From assembly GCA_048128005.1 (NCBI GenBank), contig JBEUKZ010000008.1, positions 372,001 to 436,000 of the forward strand: 64,000 bases of DNA, given 5' to 3'. Source of the DNA: Veleropilina oligotropha. Taxonomy: Eukaryota. Position numbers and translations under genes: made by a program. The notes beneath the pieces were generated by a model. It searched no databases and was not told where the DNA came from. It saw nothing but the letters and a program-made list of their open reading frames with translations. Numbering within the stretch: the stretch's first letter is position 1; the number at the start of each line of letters is the position of its first letter. Below are positions 51,001 to 59,562 of this stretch, piece by piece.

Positions 51001-54000
51001 CGAGTACTGGCCCGGAGGTACCTCCCACTACGGAACCCCGAAGGGAACTCGTTCAGCGGGGAGGACTCCACCGGATTGCGCCCCTGAACGAGCTTGGTGA
51101 TCGAGTCTACAACAAGATCCACCAGCCCGGACTGAGGTAAGGAGGGGAGCTCGGGGGCTTCCCTCGCAACAAACCGATGTGCTGCCGTCCTATGCTTGGC
51201 TACGTCTACAGCCGACCGATCGGTTCCGACAAGCCAAGCACCCCGCGAAGTGACGCAACAGCGTCGAGCCTTCGGCGGGTGGAGGAGGTCGGCTCCTGCG
51301 TGCCTGTAAGACTAATGTCTTCGGACCCGACCGATTCAGGGAGGTCGGAGTGATTTGAACAGAGATCCTCGTTGGAACGAGGGTCGATGTCTATCACTGA
51401 GGCAGGAGCCGTGCTCTGCGCCATGGGCAGAAGTGTAGGTACCAGGTGCGGCTCGGGAGCCGTCGGCCAGGCCTTACACCGTTCCTCGATCCCCGCCGCG
51501 ATCCATGCCTGGACGTTCTCAAAAGAGAAACCCGGAGGCAGGACGGGCGACGAACTAACAGCCGGTAGTTCTGTCGAGGTAACCGTGGCGCTAGGTAGAC
51601 GGGCTGCATTGACAGGTCGAACCGAGGACCAGGGTCCACGGGCACTTGTCGAGGGGTCGAACCCGAAGGACTGGCCCGGAGGCGCAGTCAGTGGGCCGGA
51701 CGACCGATAGGACTGCGGCAACAGTTCTGATCGGTCTACCACTCTGTTCGAGCGAGGCACGGACGGAAAACCGCCGTAGAACCCCGTCCCGAACGCAGCC
51801 GGTCTGTCCACGTTCTCTAGCGTGACCACGGTGGGTGCACGGGAGAGACCGGGCCCTCTGAATGTCTCGTGAGCTTCGAGGTTGAGCGGAAAACCCCTAG
51901 GGGAAGTCACATCGTTCTCGACCGAGGATTCAGGTTTCGCCGATTGTCCGAGTCTTAGACCTACAAGTAGGTGCCCGGCCTCTTTAAAGGCTTTCTCTGC
52001 ATTGGGTCTGTCACCGTAGGAAGACGGTGAGTTTCCCGCAGAAGGACTAACTGTCCCCTTATTCTTCGAGGCCGAAGAAAAGGATGGGGATAGTCTGCCC
52101 TGTTCAGCTGTTCGCTGCGCTGTCATGTATACCTTGCTAGCCGGCAAGGTATGGCTGACTGCAGTTACTAGGCCCAGTTGTGGAGGAACGGTCGACACTC
52201 GGGTCTTTACCTGAATCTGGGGTACCGGCAAGGTTTCGGTGACTCTCCCAAGAGTCGCGGAGGTTTCGCCGGTGGATCCGGCGACAGACGTCTGTCGGCT
52301 GTCGTCCAGCGTCCCTGAAGCAGACAAAGAAGAAACGTTAGGTAACTTACCGGTCTCTTCATGACCCTTCTCCACGGGAGGACCCACCGTGGCAGTCGCC
52401 CTGGTCGACTTACCGTGGTGAGACAGGGTTGCCCACTGCTTATCTGATAGAAGAAAGCACAGATCACATTGATGATGTATACTACAGCTACGATGAGTAC
52501 AACATTCCTTGTGCCTATCAAATGCGTGAATTTTCTGGTTACACCCGGAGCTACTGCACCGGACCATAGCTAAATACACGGGAGGGTGGACGTGGGTAGA
52601 CGGGGTAGATAAATAGGTATATATATGGTAGTTGAGACTTCTTTCCTTGGAGGGAGTACTACGACAACTCACAGAATTGTCCTGATCTGAAGATTAGAGA
52701 TCAAGCGATATACCGTTATTAAAAACCCCGAACTGGGAACACCGAGGTCGGGTATTTTACCCGACCGACCCGGTAACCCGGCAAATTGACTAAAACAAAG
52801 GGAGGTTATTTCCTCGAAAAAACCGCCCAGAAAAACACCTGAAAACCTCGTGGATGTTTTATGTTAGTACAATGGCGTATTATCCCAGCCACGGCAGGAT
52901 ATCAGAAAATTAACGCAAGCTTAATATCAAAAGATCCTGCCTTTTAACAACGCTAGAAAATTTTATATAATAATAACCAGCAAATAGCGTTGTTAAGGAA
53001 TTATCCAATATAATGAGTTACCTGTTTTGCAGTCTCAAACAATATCAGATAATTATACAGACCAGAAATTTCAGCTACCACTCGAAACTTTCCCTCTAAG
53101 CGGCCATCTTAACGGCCACTGGCGTCCTTGACGACGATGTCTGTTTCCTTTGATGTCCAGAACTTCCTCGAAGTTTGAGAATCACTCTTCTTATATTCAC
53201 ATGTGTTTTAGATCCACAACACAGGGTTATATTCCACTACTTATATACTATATAAGCAGAAACTGCGCCCTGATTTAACGTGAAATCGGGCGCCTATATC
53301 GAAATATTTGCGGAGCAAAACAACGTCTTTCCGCGACAGCGGAAAACTTTGAAATTGATGTCATGTGACTTCTATTGTTCAGAAGTCTCACGAGACTTGG
53401 CGAAGTCTCGCTAGGGAACGTGGGGGGTAGGAGCAGGGGAGGTAACCGTGTGCTTTTTTGGCTTATAACGGTGCATTATGGGACATATTCACCATTTCCG
53501 GTTTGGGCGATAATATGCTATTATGGCAAGAGTAAGGACGTAAGTATGTTTGTAACTATATACAGTGCCTAGAACAACCCATATGGCCATCGAAAAATTT
53601 AAACAAAATTTAACCAAAATTTCTCTGTCCACAAACACCAATTTTTATGCAATAATTATATTAAATTTAATTCAGCATCACTTCCATAGTATCAATTGAC
53701 ATTCATATTATCGATACCAAAGCATATATACACCAAAATGTTGTTTCAATAACCCACATAAACTCAATGAAAAACTTTAACCAAAATTACAATGTCCACA
53801 AACACCTATTTTTATGAAATAATTATATTAAATTTAATTCAGCATCACTTCCATAGTATCAGTTGACATCCATATTATCAATATCAAAGCATATATACAC
53901 CAAAATGTTGTTTCAACAACCCATATACACTCAATGAAAAACTTTAACCAAAAACGTTAACCAAAATTTCTATGTTCAAAAACACCTACATCTTAATATA

Positions 54001-57000
54001 ATGGAGCTATAATTGTATGTGTGTTTCAAGTTGTACTCCTCCCAGACGCTTTGACCTAGGACCTTCAAACTTTGGGGGGTTAATCGGGGTCCCCCAAGGA
54101 AGGTTTACCACGAAAAAAATTCGGAAAATTCGGGAAAAAAAAAAATTATTTAAGGGAGCACTATCCAAAAAAAAAAAAAAAAAAAATTTGGGGTAGGGGG
54201 ACTTACCCGGCGGAGACGGGTACCATTGCTAGTTTATGCAATAATTATATTAAATTTTATTCAATCTCACTTCCAGAGTACCAGGTGTCATTCATATAAT
54301 GCCGACAAAAGCATATATATGCCAAAAAGTATCATGGGCAAGCTATATGCACTCGATTCGAAACTTTAACCAAATTGTTTACGGACGGACGGATATGGCA
54401 ACAACAATATCCCCCGCTACCTTCGGGCGGGGATAATAATAGTTAAACAAATAGAATTCAATTTTTAAATCAATCAAATGTAGAACTCACATTTTTAAAG
54501 CCTTCTTTCAGTAACGATGGATTCAGTGGCTTCCTACTGCTTCTGGATGCTTGTAGCACCTTTTGCAAACAAGTGTGCCAAAACTCGTAGTTAGCCGTTT
54601 GAATATCCAGTATATTGCTAAATAATTTCTCAAGTTCAATCTGAAATATGGAGAATTCAGTGAGAGCATGATATTGACCGAATAATAAAAAAAGACGCGT
54701 CAGTAATATGTTTTACCTTTTGCCTTTTATACATGTGCATGCAATTTGGAAAAAGCGTACTATTTGATTATTTCCTAATATCATGATTTTCTGAAAATCA
54801 AAGATACAACAACATGATGTCACTAGTGTTATGACGTTTAGATATATTTTAACATTTTAATGTCAAAACTGGCTAAAAAATCAAAGTCATAAAAAATAAT
54901 ATCTGAACTTTTGTATACTTTACATAACAGTAATTATATATATACACATGCCTGTTACTTGCAGGAATCGCAAAATAATATCACGAAGGTAAAATAATCA
55001 AAACCTACAAATAATCATGAGAATGCATAATATACTAATATTGGGGAGATCTTAGTTAGTAGTTTTATATACTTATGTACGCACGCAACCACTATGCTTG
55101 ATACCCCACTGTTAACAATCTTCAGGTTCGTAATTCCGCATGTCAATATTATTGCGGAAGGAAAGCCTGGTGACCCTGGCCAAATTCGCTATCACCGTCC
55201 ATGTATGGGCAACTGTGAAAGACTCTTAACTGAACATAAAGCCAATCCTGGGATTCGAACTCACCCCTTATTCACTCGACTGCAGCTGGTGCTGCCATCT
55301 ATAATTAGATTTATGCTAAATGTTTTCAAACTGTCTATATAGCTATATGTACCTTACCTCATTTAATAACGATTCGCTTTGAAGATTTACCAAAGAGCAC
55401 ATAAATACCTACAAAATATGGATAAAATGATTAGTTGTATTTTTCCAGAAAAAAATTGATGCATCCAAGGCATCTTCTAAGAGCTGTTCCAGCCAACGAC
55501 ATGAAGAAACTTTACTTCAATTACCAGCAAAATATAACCATTTGCTTCAACTGATTTATAATACATCTACTTTATAATATATCAGCAATAAAACGAGCAG
55601 ATGTTTATATAACTATAGTGCATTAACAACAAGAAAGAAGTAAGCAGAGCTTACATACCCCCGTTCGGTACTTTCAATAATAATAGTCTGTCAATGTTAT
55701 ATCAGCTATTATTCTTTAAAAAATAAGAAATCTCTGCAGACGCTGCGGCAAAACGATGACTAAACCATAGTGTCTCCGACTATAGTCTGGGGATTCAATT
55801 ATATATATGAGCCCAGGCCAGTTGAGGATCATAATTGATATTAGACACTGGACATACAGTTGGTTCTTGTAATGGCAATATACAATCCCATTTTAAGATA
55901 CCCATGGAATAAATCAATGAGGAAATCAGTTTTCAAAATCCATACAATTCATCTGTTTTGGTAATTCCAGCTCCACAGAGTAACGAATAAGCTTAATTAG
56001 CAACTTACTGTACCTAATCACGGTGAGCAAGTCTTTACAGATAAGCACGCCCCTTTCATTATTCATACATAATATTTACATATTTAAACAAAAGAAATAA
56101 AGTTACACTTTAAAAATTATATTTCAATACTCCAAAGCATAATTAAAACAAAAAAATTGCCACTGTTCGGTGCTTTTGATCATTGTAGTCCAGGTGAATA
56201 TTAATTATATCAGCAATTTTTAAAAATATATATTTCAGAAATGCAAAAGTAGCAAAAAGTACAACCACTTAACTTAGTTAATGATTGTACCACGTTTTGA
56301 TATGCTAGTGTGTACGGTTTGGCAGATATGCTCTGGACAAAGGCGTCGCCCATTATAGTCAAACTAATATCCGCCATTTTTTTAAATAAAAATTTCGAAA
56401 ACCTGAAACTAGCAAAAGGCACAAGTACTCAACCTAGTTAATGAGTGTATGAAGTTTCGTGAAGGTAACATGTACGGTTTTGGAGATATGCTCCGGACAA
56501 AAGCGTCCTCCATTATACTCTATGTCAATCTTAAATCAGTCTTTTTTTATAAAAATTAAAATTTCAGAAACCTGAAAATAGCAAAAGGCATATGAAGTAC
56601 TCAACCTAGTTAATGAGTGTATGAAATTTCGTGAAGCTAGCATGTACGGTTTTGGAGATATGCTCCGAACAAAGTCGAATGACCCGATGGACCGAAAGAC
56701 GGACGAACGGAACACTATATACCCCCAGCTCTTCGTAGCACAGGGTTATAATTACCTTCAATTTAGTTACAAAGTGATGTACTTTACATCACGATATTAT
56801 TTGTAACCAATAATTTCATCTTATCATGTAGCATGATATTTCACCCACATCATTAGCAGTGTGCAATTTGATTGGCTATTATATTTATTAACTTTCAGAC
56901 AAATGACTTCTGATTCGCTACTATTGTTTTCAATATCCTACATGCTGCTTTCTGTTTGGCTACTTACGTCTGTGATGACCTTTACTGAGGAGAGATAGGA

Positions 57001-58131
57001 CAGCTCGGTGCGCAGTAGTTCCCAAATGGATTCCTGTTGCTCGTGCTCTTTTTTAGATAATGACTGAAAAGCAGACGACATTTCATTCAAATGTAAGAAG
57101 ACAATTCATTCAAATGTAAGCGGACAATACATTCAAATGTAAGCAGACGACATTTCATTCAAATGTAAGAAGACATTTAATTCAAATGTAAGAATTAAGA
57201 CATTTCATTAAAATGTAAGCAGACGACATTTCATTCAAATGTAAGCAGACGACATTTTATTCTAATGTAAGCAGATGATATTTCATTCTAATGTAAGCAG
57301 ACGACATTTCATTCTAATGTAAGCAGACGACATTTCATTCAAATACAACTTAGGTATTACAATGTATGTGCATGAAAGCAATAAAAATTAATCAGTGATT
57401 CAACTTGTAAGTTTTTCGAATACTTCTCCAACACGAGGTATATTAATGGCCGCCACATAAAACTTTGAAGCAGTCGAAGCTTCATATTCGTTCGCCTGTT
57501 GTTACGTCAGCTGACTCTTGTTCTAATGATGCTATAAAGTGTATCTGTGCCATCGTGGCTCAGTGGGTTGTTGTTCACAGGACTCTGGTCACAGAGTCTC
57601 GAGTTCGCCCCCTAAGCTCGGCGACTTCACTTGGGCAAGAAAATAAGCATATATTTGGCTCGGTCCACCCAGCCGATCTGAATGGGTACCTGGTAGGCAG
57701 TTATATAAGTCACGGCGCTACCCGCGTGTAAATGACTGTAATGCTCCCAGAGGGAGTCGAGAAGGCATAACGAGAGGAACAGGTCCATAACCAGGGGTAA
57801 TAATGTTCAGCGCATTGAGACACTAGCGTAATAATGCACTATATAAAGTATTATTAATAATTTATTATTATTATATACAACATTGAAAAATGTACAGACA
57901 TTAACACAACTAATAATATCTCTGCTTTCTTAAAGAGGGGGGAGTAATAATTCTTAAAACGTTGCACGTTCCACTTACAGATATGGATTCGACGATGGAG
58001 CTCCAGTGGGCTTCCATGGCGATAGGCTCTTGGTTCTGGGTGCCCAGCATAAGTAGCTCCGGCATGGGCGGAATTTCGGAGTCGGAATATTTGTTGAGCA
58101 GATCGTTCAGCTGGTCTTGCTTGTCTCGATC
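36047..58131 (-). CDS. PLEKHG5: PLEKHG5/Syx-type RhoGEF (DH-PH) gene; 12 exons traced, N-terminus probably further upstream
   Basis: Spliced ORF contains [52 protein letters not shown] (DH), MDVHCFLFTDMLLVCK and GSFMLISMNEY (PH), and ends LESSEV*. These match PLEKHG5-family motifs from memory, including the C-terminal SEV. Confidence 0.88.
36650..37728 (-). CDS. PLEKHG5: PLEKHG5 large penultimate exon (Ser-rich tail)
   Basis: ttttag acceptor in phase 0; corresponds to the 359-aa ORF; ends ...LES-tc|gtaagt. Confidence 0.88.
38599..38711 (-). CDS. PLEKHG5: PLEKHG5 exon (PH end)
   Basis: SFMLISMNEYHVPVVALTF...CWIDMIQKAK|gtaaca. Confidence 0.9.
38914..39195. repeat. 36-bp minisatellite (about 8 copies)
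   Basis: Unit gttatgccctggtggtgtgacccataatcaagggca. Confidence 0.92.
39479..39611 (-). CDS. PLEKHG5: PLEKHG5 exon (PH)
   Basis: MDVHCFLFTDMLLVCK...ELRDK|gtgaga. Confidence 0.92.
40453..40690. repeat. 28-bp minisatellite (about 8 copies)
   Basis: Unit gtggatcccctatccttacacagattac. Confidence 0.92.
40714..40833 (-). CDS. PLEKHG5: PLEKHG5 exon (PH start)
   Basis: ILSDYNKNFNLFAPMP...PLKMKDHQTR|gtgagt. Confidence 0.88.
41314..41451 (-). CDS. PLEKHG5: PLEKHG5 exon (DH end)
   Basis: IASVDRFVTEVNTSLR...IESYDVLE|gtgagt. Confidence 0.9.
41936..42085 (-). CDS. PLEKHG5: PLEKHG5 exon (DH)
   Basis: [37 protein letters not shown]|gtaagg. Confidence 0.92.
42113..42455. mobile_element. Small TIR element (cagggt...accctg) with 5-bp TSD taatc
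   Basis: Short TIRs, internal tttcaaggac repeats, flanking direct repeat. Confidence 0.55.
42684..44702. repeat. 33/31-bp GC-rich minisatellite (about 60 copies) inside a SINE
   Basis: Unit gatcctggctgcc(t/c)ggggaaactc(g/a)ccctct(ct). Confidence 0.96.
44962..45072 (-). CDS. PLEKHG5: PLEKHG5 exon (DH)
   Basis: [22 protein letters not shown]...FKTYSV|gtgagt. Confidence 0.9.
45663..45931 (-). mobile_element. SINE family A copy
   Basis: Near-identical; 11-bp TSD ggtatcaatat. Confidence 0.85.
46151..46356. repeat. DIRS 3' inverted terminal repeat (unique 3' extension at 46118-46150)
   Basis: Reverse complement of 53345-53551; I saw only a 1-nt indel near the inner edge. Confidence 0.93.
46416..46506. 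repeat. DIRS internal complementary region (ICR)
   Basis: gtaaggacg...aaaacctcat is the reverse complement of the left terminus, fused directly to atatagttac...cttgcca, the reverse complement of the right terminus. Confidence 0.93.
47340..50324 (-). CDS. DIRS ORF3 tyrosine recombinase; long N-terminal part overlaps pol
   Basis: C-terminal YR catalytic set: LASGRRCSE (R), AHEVR (HxxR), AGYW (W), FVKHY (Y). Same frame as gag, immediately after its TAG. Confidence 0.93.
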   Translation of the reverse strand, partial: GCRHSRRPQLPAPAGGSVPVSTQPALARADRQQLGPLSRECRIQVGIQPASDLNRGTTNKTRSTPKRRETSGLRPGSAGFAPKKSDISRAAQHTRILQPFLPGPETRWPLETDPRSLVLKPISSYREIPASNPLEDSSGHPSGRLGSVYRSRRRVSACPDAYHGSSVPSVYTRGDDLPIQVPTVRSIVSPVRLHENSTGPGGLPTLSRAQGTYVPRRLADPRGVPRSVPPVYELYPVIDEAPGISDQRDKILLRALDDVYVPRSRLRYGPVHREADPEAYAEPTRGYPRHPVIGHNYGATTGHCPGAHRVGSAPATDGSHGQKTVTTGFQGSLDTTDGAVEGSHRSTALVYRHDSSVVEPRFAGPVGSYIPTRAERLPVHRRFERRLGWSPRQLRDIRPMADRPSGTTYQLPRVRSRLPVSTVPLVTSPQQAYNARHGQHDCRRLHTAPGRYTLASPMRPSNRPTPLSDVPQLDDSSPTHPGKAECQSGFALSEITDYTHRMDATQPSSSGCLPPVVATPSRLVCNRIQLPTTSVCLPVPRPGRPGGRRNVNDMGESVRVCLPPDVHSITGITEGSDRTLRDNANSAPLSHATLVSDPPRSDRRSTVSVTAETRPVNATTHPCTPRVAEPLTFTRLAVIERSLAKKGFSKATALRIYRSRRISTTKVYDYRWVKYVDWCHSRQINILRPPVNKFIEFLSSLFDRGMSVSAVKGYRATIATTLKQCRAHAGLSSDRTISDFIRSYELEIPTRRIKPPAWNIVLILNALLLPPYEPMSEITMRNLTHKTVFLIALASGRRCSEIHAFSSELRDIRFQSDGSVILRPILGFLAKNQRPNEDAPDVVIPKLTLVGRRDADRFNCPVRALRFYLDRTRELRQGKLRLFISYLPTYTRDITRTTVSRWISQTVRDVYIRCDDDDRTILSVRAHEVRAIAASVAFRHNLNINALLQAGYWKNANVFVKHYLRDYSTGADGLSSLHCVAAQRVIVRPRSSNQ
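48251..50341 (-). CDS. DIRS pol: reverse transcriptase, RNase H and DAM-like methyltransferase
   Basis: RT (FLVPKPDGRWRPILDL, IDLADAY, LPFGL, YLDD); RNase H (FTDAS, HINFLELEAV, TDNTT, ADSLSR); MT (VDLFAT, YAFPP). Frame is open from 50341 with no AUG before the RT core. Confidence 0.95.
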   Translation of the reverse strand, partial: GSLGPRAAGIRDGPSCPLPPVGACLLAHSQPWLELTDSNWVHLVVSAGYKLAFNRHPTLTEAPPTRHARLLNGEKQAVLDQAVRDLLLKRAIYPAPPSTPGFYSHFFLVPKPDGRWRPILDLSYLNLYLRTEKFQQATLSKIRAAIRPGDWAASIDLADAYLHVPMHITAHQYLRFIHGETIYQFRCLPFGLSSAPYVFTRTVQALGAFLHSLGHRVHMYLDDWLILGASRDLCLRSTSFTLSSTKRLGFQINETKSCFVPSTTFTFLGVDFDTVRYTAKPTQKRMRNLRAVIQDTLSSDITTARQLATVLGHIESVAPLLPTGRMDKRPLQQAFRDRWIQRTGQWKDRIDLRHWFTDTTAVWLNPALPDQSVPISPPEPNAYLFTDASNDGWGGHLDSYETSGLWPTDLQGRHINFLELEAVFLSVRSLSSHLRNKHIMLATDNTTVVAYIQHQGGTRSRPLCDRAIDLHRLVMSLNSTIRARHIPGKLNVRADSLSRRSQIIHTEWTLHSRVARDVCRRWSQPQVDLFATEFNYRLPLYVSPYPDPAALAVDAMSMTWENLSAYAFPPTCILSLVLQKAATERCEITLIAPLYRTQPWFPTLLDLIVDRPLALPQKLDLLMQPRTRVLHESPNHLRLHAWRLSNDPLLRKDFLKLQPYVSIDREGFPLQKSMTTDGLSTWIGVTAGRSIYSVPL
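50325..52567 (-). CDS. DIRS ORF1 (gag-like), interrupted by one frameshift at about 51210-51310
   Basis: ATG at 52567 starts a Cys/His-rich N-terminus (MVRCSSSGC...DRHKECCTHRSC...CDLC); the second frame carries LLLRRDA and a basic C-tail ending in TAG at 50325-50327. Confidence 0.8.
53345..53551. repeat. DIRS 5' inverted terminal repeat (unique tip at 53552-53562)
   Basis: Reverse complement of 46151-46356. Confidence 0.93.
53991..54232 (+). mobile_element. Non-autonomous Helitron-like fragment
   Basis: A|TC...CTAG|T boundaries with subterminal hairpin acccg-gcggaga-cgggt; interrupts a host repeat unit. Confidence 0.6.
54491..54640 (-). CDS. PLEKHG5: PLEKHG5 exon (DH)
   Basis: IELEKLFSNILDI...LLKEGFKN|gtgagt. 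Confidence 0.9.
55358..55408 (-). CDS. PLEKHG5: PLEKHG5 exon (DH)
   Basis: ttgtag|VFMCSLVNLQSESLLNE|gtaagg. Confidence 0.85.
56968..57063 (-). CDS. PLEKHG5: PLEKHG5 exon (DH start)
   Basis: [32 protein letters not shown]|gtaagt. Confidence 0.9.
57069..57344. repeat. About 26-bp tandem repeat abutting a PLEKHG5 splice acceptor
   Basis: Unit aagcagacgacatttcattcaaatgt. Confidence 0.88.
57554..57872 (+). mobile_element. SINE family B copy
   Basis: Same sequence family as 2557-2873. Confidence 0.78.
57979..58131 (-). CDS. PLEKHG5: PLEKHG5 exon (pre-DH)
   Basis: tttcag|DRDKQDQLNDLLNKYS...MEAHWSSIVESIS|gtaagt. Confidence 0.85.
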
Positions 58132-59496
58132 CTGAAAAAATAAAAGTGAAAATCGTTGAACAATGATGTCGGAGACTGGTACTAAGATTCGAGGGAGTCG
58201 TCACGTACGTCTGAATATGAATCTTCACTACATGTATCAAAATTGCTGGAAACAAGAAGCGTTGGATTTTAGCATTCGAAATGCCTCCAAGAATGAAGAG
58301 AATGTCCTACAATAGGAGAATGAAGAGAATGTCCTACAATAGGAGAATGAAGAGAATGTCCTACAATAGGAAAATGTCCTACAATAGGAAAATGTCCTAC
58401 AATAGGAGAAATTAAAAAAATTCTTCCACAGGTTTAAAAGCATTCATACGACATAATATGGAGTTGACTAGTCTGTATTGTGGAAATACATTTCTTACCA
58501 TAGAGGGAATACAAAATGGTCCAATTTGGAGTCTTAGCAGATGTGTCGCAGACAAACATGATAAATAAGGTAATCTAACTTCCTCAATCCAAGTTTGAGG
58601 AAAGACATTATTTTCATTTCGCGAAATCAGAGACGTCTGATTGGTCAAAATGTCGTCACGTGGAGTTTGGCAAATACTCGTCTCAATCTCGACGTTTTCG
58701 TATCAAACTACACGTCGTCTGCTAGACGTCATTCGCTTCTATGGGAGATAATCAAGTGTTTTCAAGTATTTCTTTGAGATACATTAATGTATATGACTAA
58801 ATTATTCCTTAGGTTTTCAAATATCCATGTTATTTTGCGTTTAGAATAACACGTAAGGTGCAATGTAACATGACGTTTTTCATTGCTTAGTCATTGTTCA
58901 GCATTGACAGGCATATAAAGTAAGTTTTTTTCTTAAATAAAATGAAAATAAAAATGTTACCCTGTGGTATCTCGTTTGATACGTACGTTTATCCTGTTCG
59001 CTATGACAATATCACACTCGACTTAGTCTCGTGTGATATTTTCAAAGCTCACAGGATAAACGTACGTATAAAACTCGCCGCCCCAGGATAACGTTAAGTG
59101 TTAAGCACTTTCAACTCGTCGTTTTACTGAGAATTAATGAATTAAGACTCTTTAAACAAACAAACACATTCCTCATCCAATATGAGTTTGAAAAAAAATT
59201 TATGTTCTGCTAAAAACTATGTTACACTTGACATCAAATCATAAAACTGCACATCAGATGCTACAAGACGAGTTCTTGTTGTTTGTCAATGGACATGATC
59301 AGCTGTTTTGGGTAATCCTATAAGAGAATCAAGTCATATACATATTGCTACAACCAAATGAATTTATACCCGGATTTCAAATATGCACATGATGAGTGCA
59401 ATATCGGTCAGCAAGGCAGATGGTGCATCATGATGGCTGCCCGAGTCGAATCTCCACTCTGATAAGGCTTTTTATATTTATGCTAAGAACAAATAC

Positions 59497-59562
59497 CTTG
59501 AAGATGAACGTTGATTTCTGGCATCCCAAATACAGCCAGGCCATCCTTAAAGATCTCAACAT
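59497..59562 (-). CDS. PLEKHG5: Candidate alternative first coding exon of a short PLEKHG5 isoform (MLRSLRMAWLYLGCQKSTFIFK)
   Basis: ATG with an upstream in-frame stop; aag|gtattt phase-0 donor compatible with the exon starting at 58131. Confidence 0.4.

Larger units (their letters stand above)
46118..53562 (-). mobile_element. Full-length DIRS1-like tyrosine-recombinase retrotransposon (about 7.4 kb)
   Basis: Inverted terminal repeats, an internal complementary region, gag, RT/RNaseH/MT and overlapping YR ORFs; no TSD. Confidence 0.96.
45504..54437 (-). mobile_element. Non-autonomous Helentron/DINE-1-like (HINE) repeat hosting the DIRS, a SINE and a Helitron fragment
   Basis: Terminal hairpin ccgttacaaaacgg, subTIR atccccgc/gcggggat, ggac microsatellite, internal tandem units (aaccaaaatttctatgtc); related to 11856-12550. 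Confidence 0.65.

Noticed and set aside
50046..51710. Plus-strand ORFs (210, 157, 112 aa) antisense to DIRS
   Set aside because: GC-rich shadows of the minus-strand genes with non-ATG starts and no recognisable motifs.
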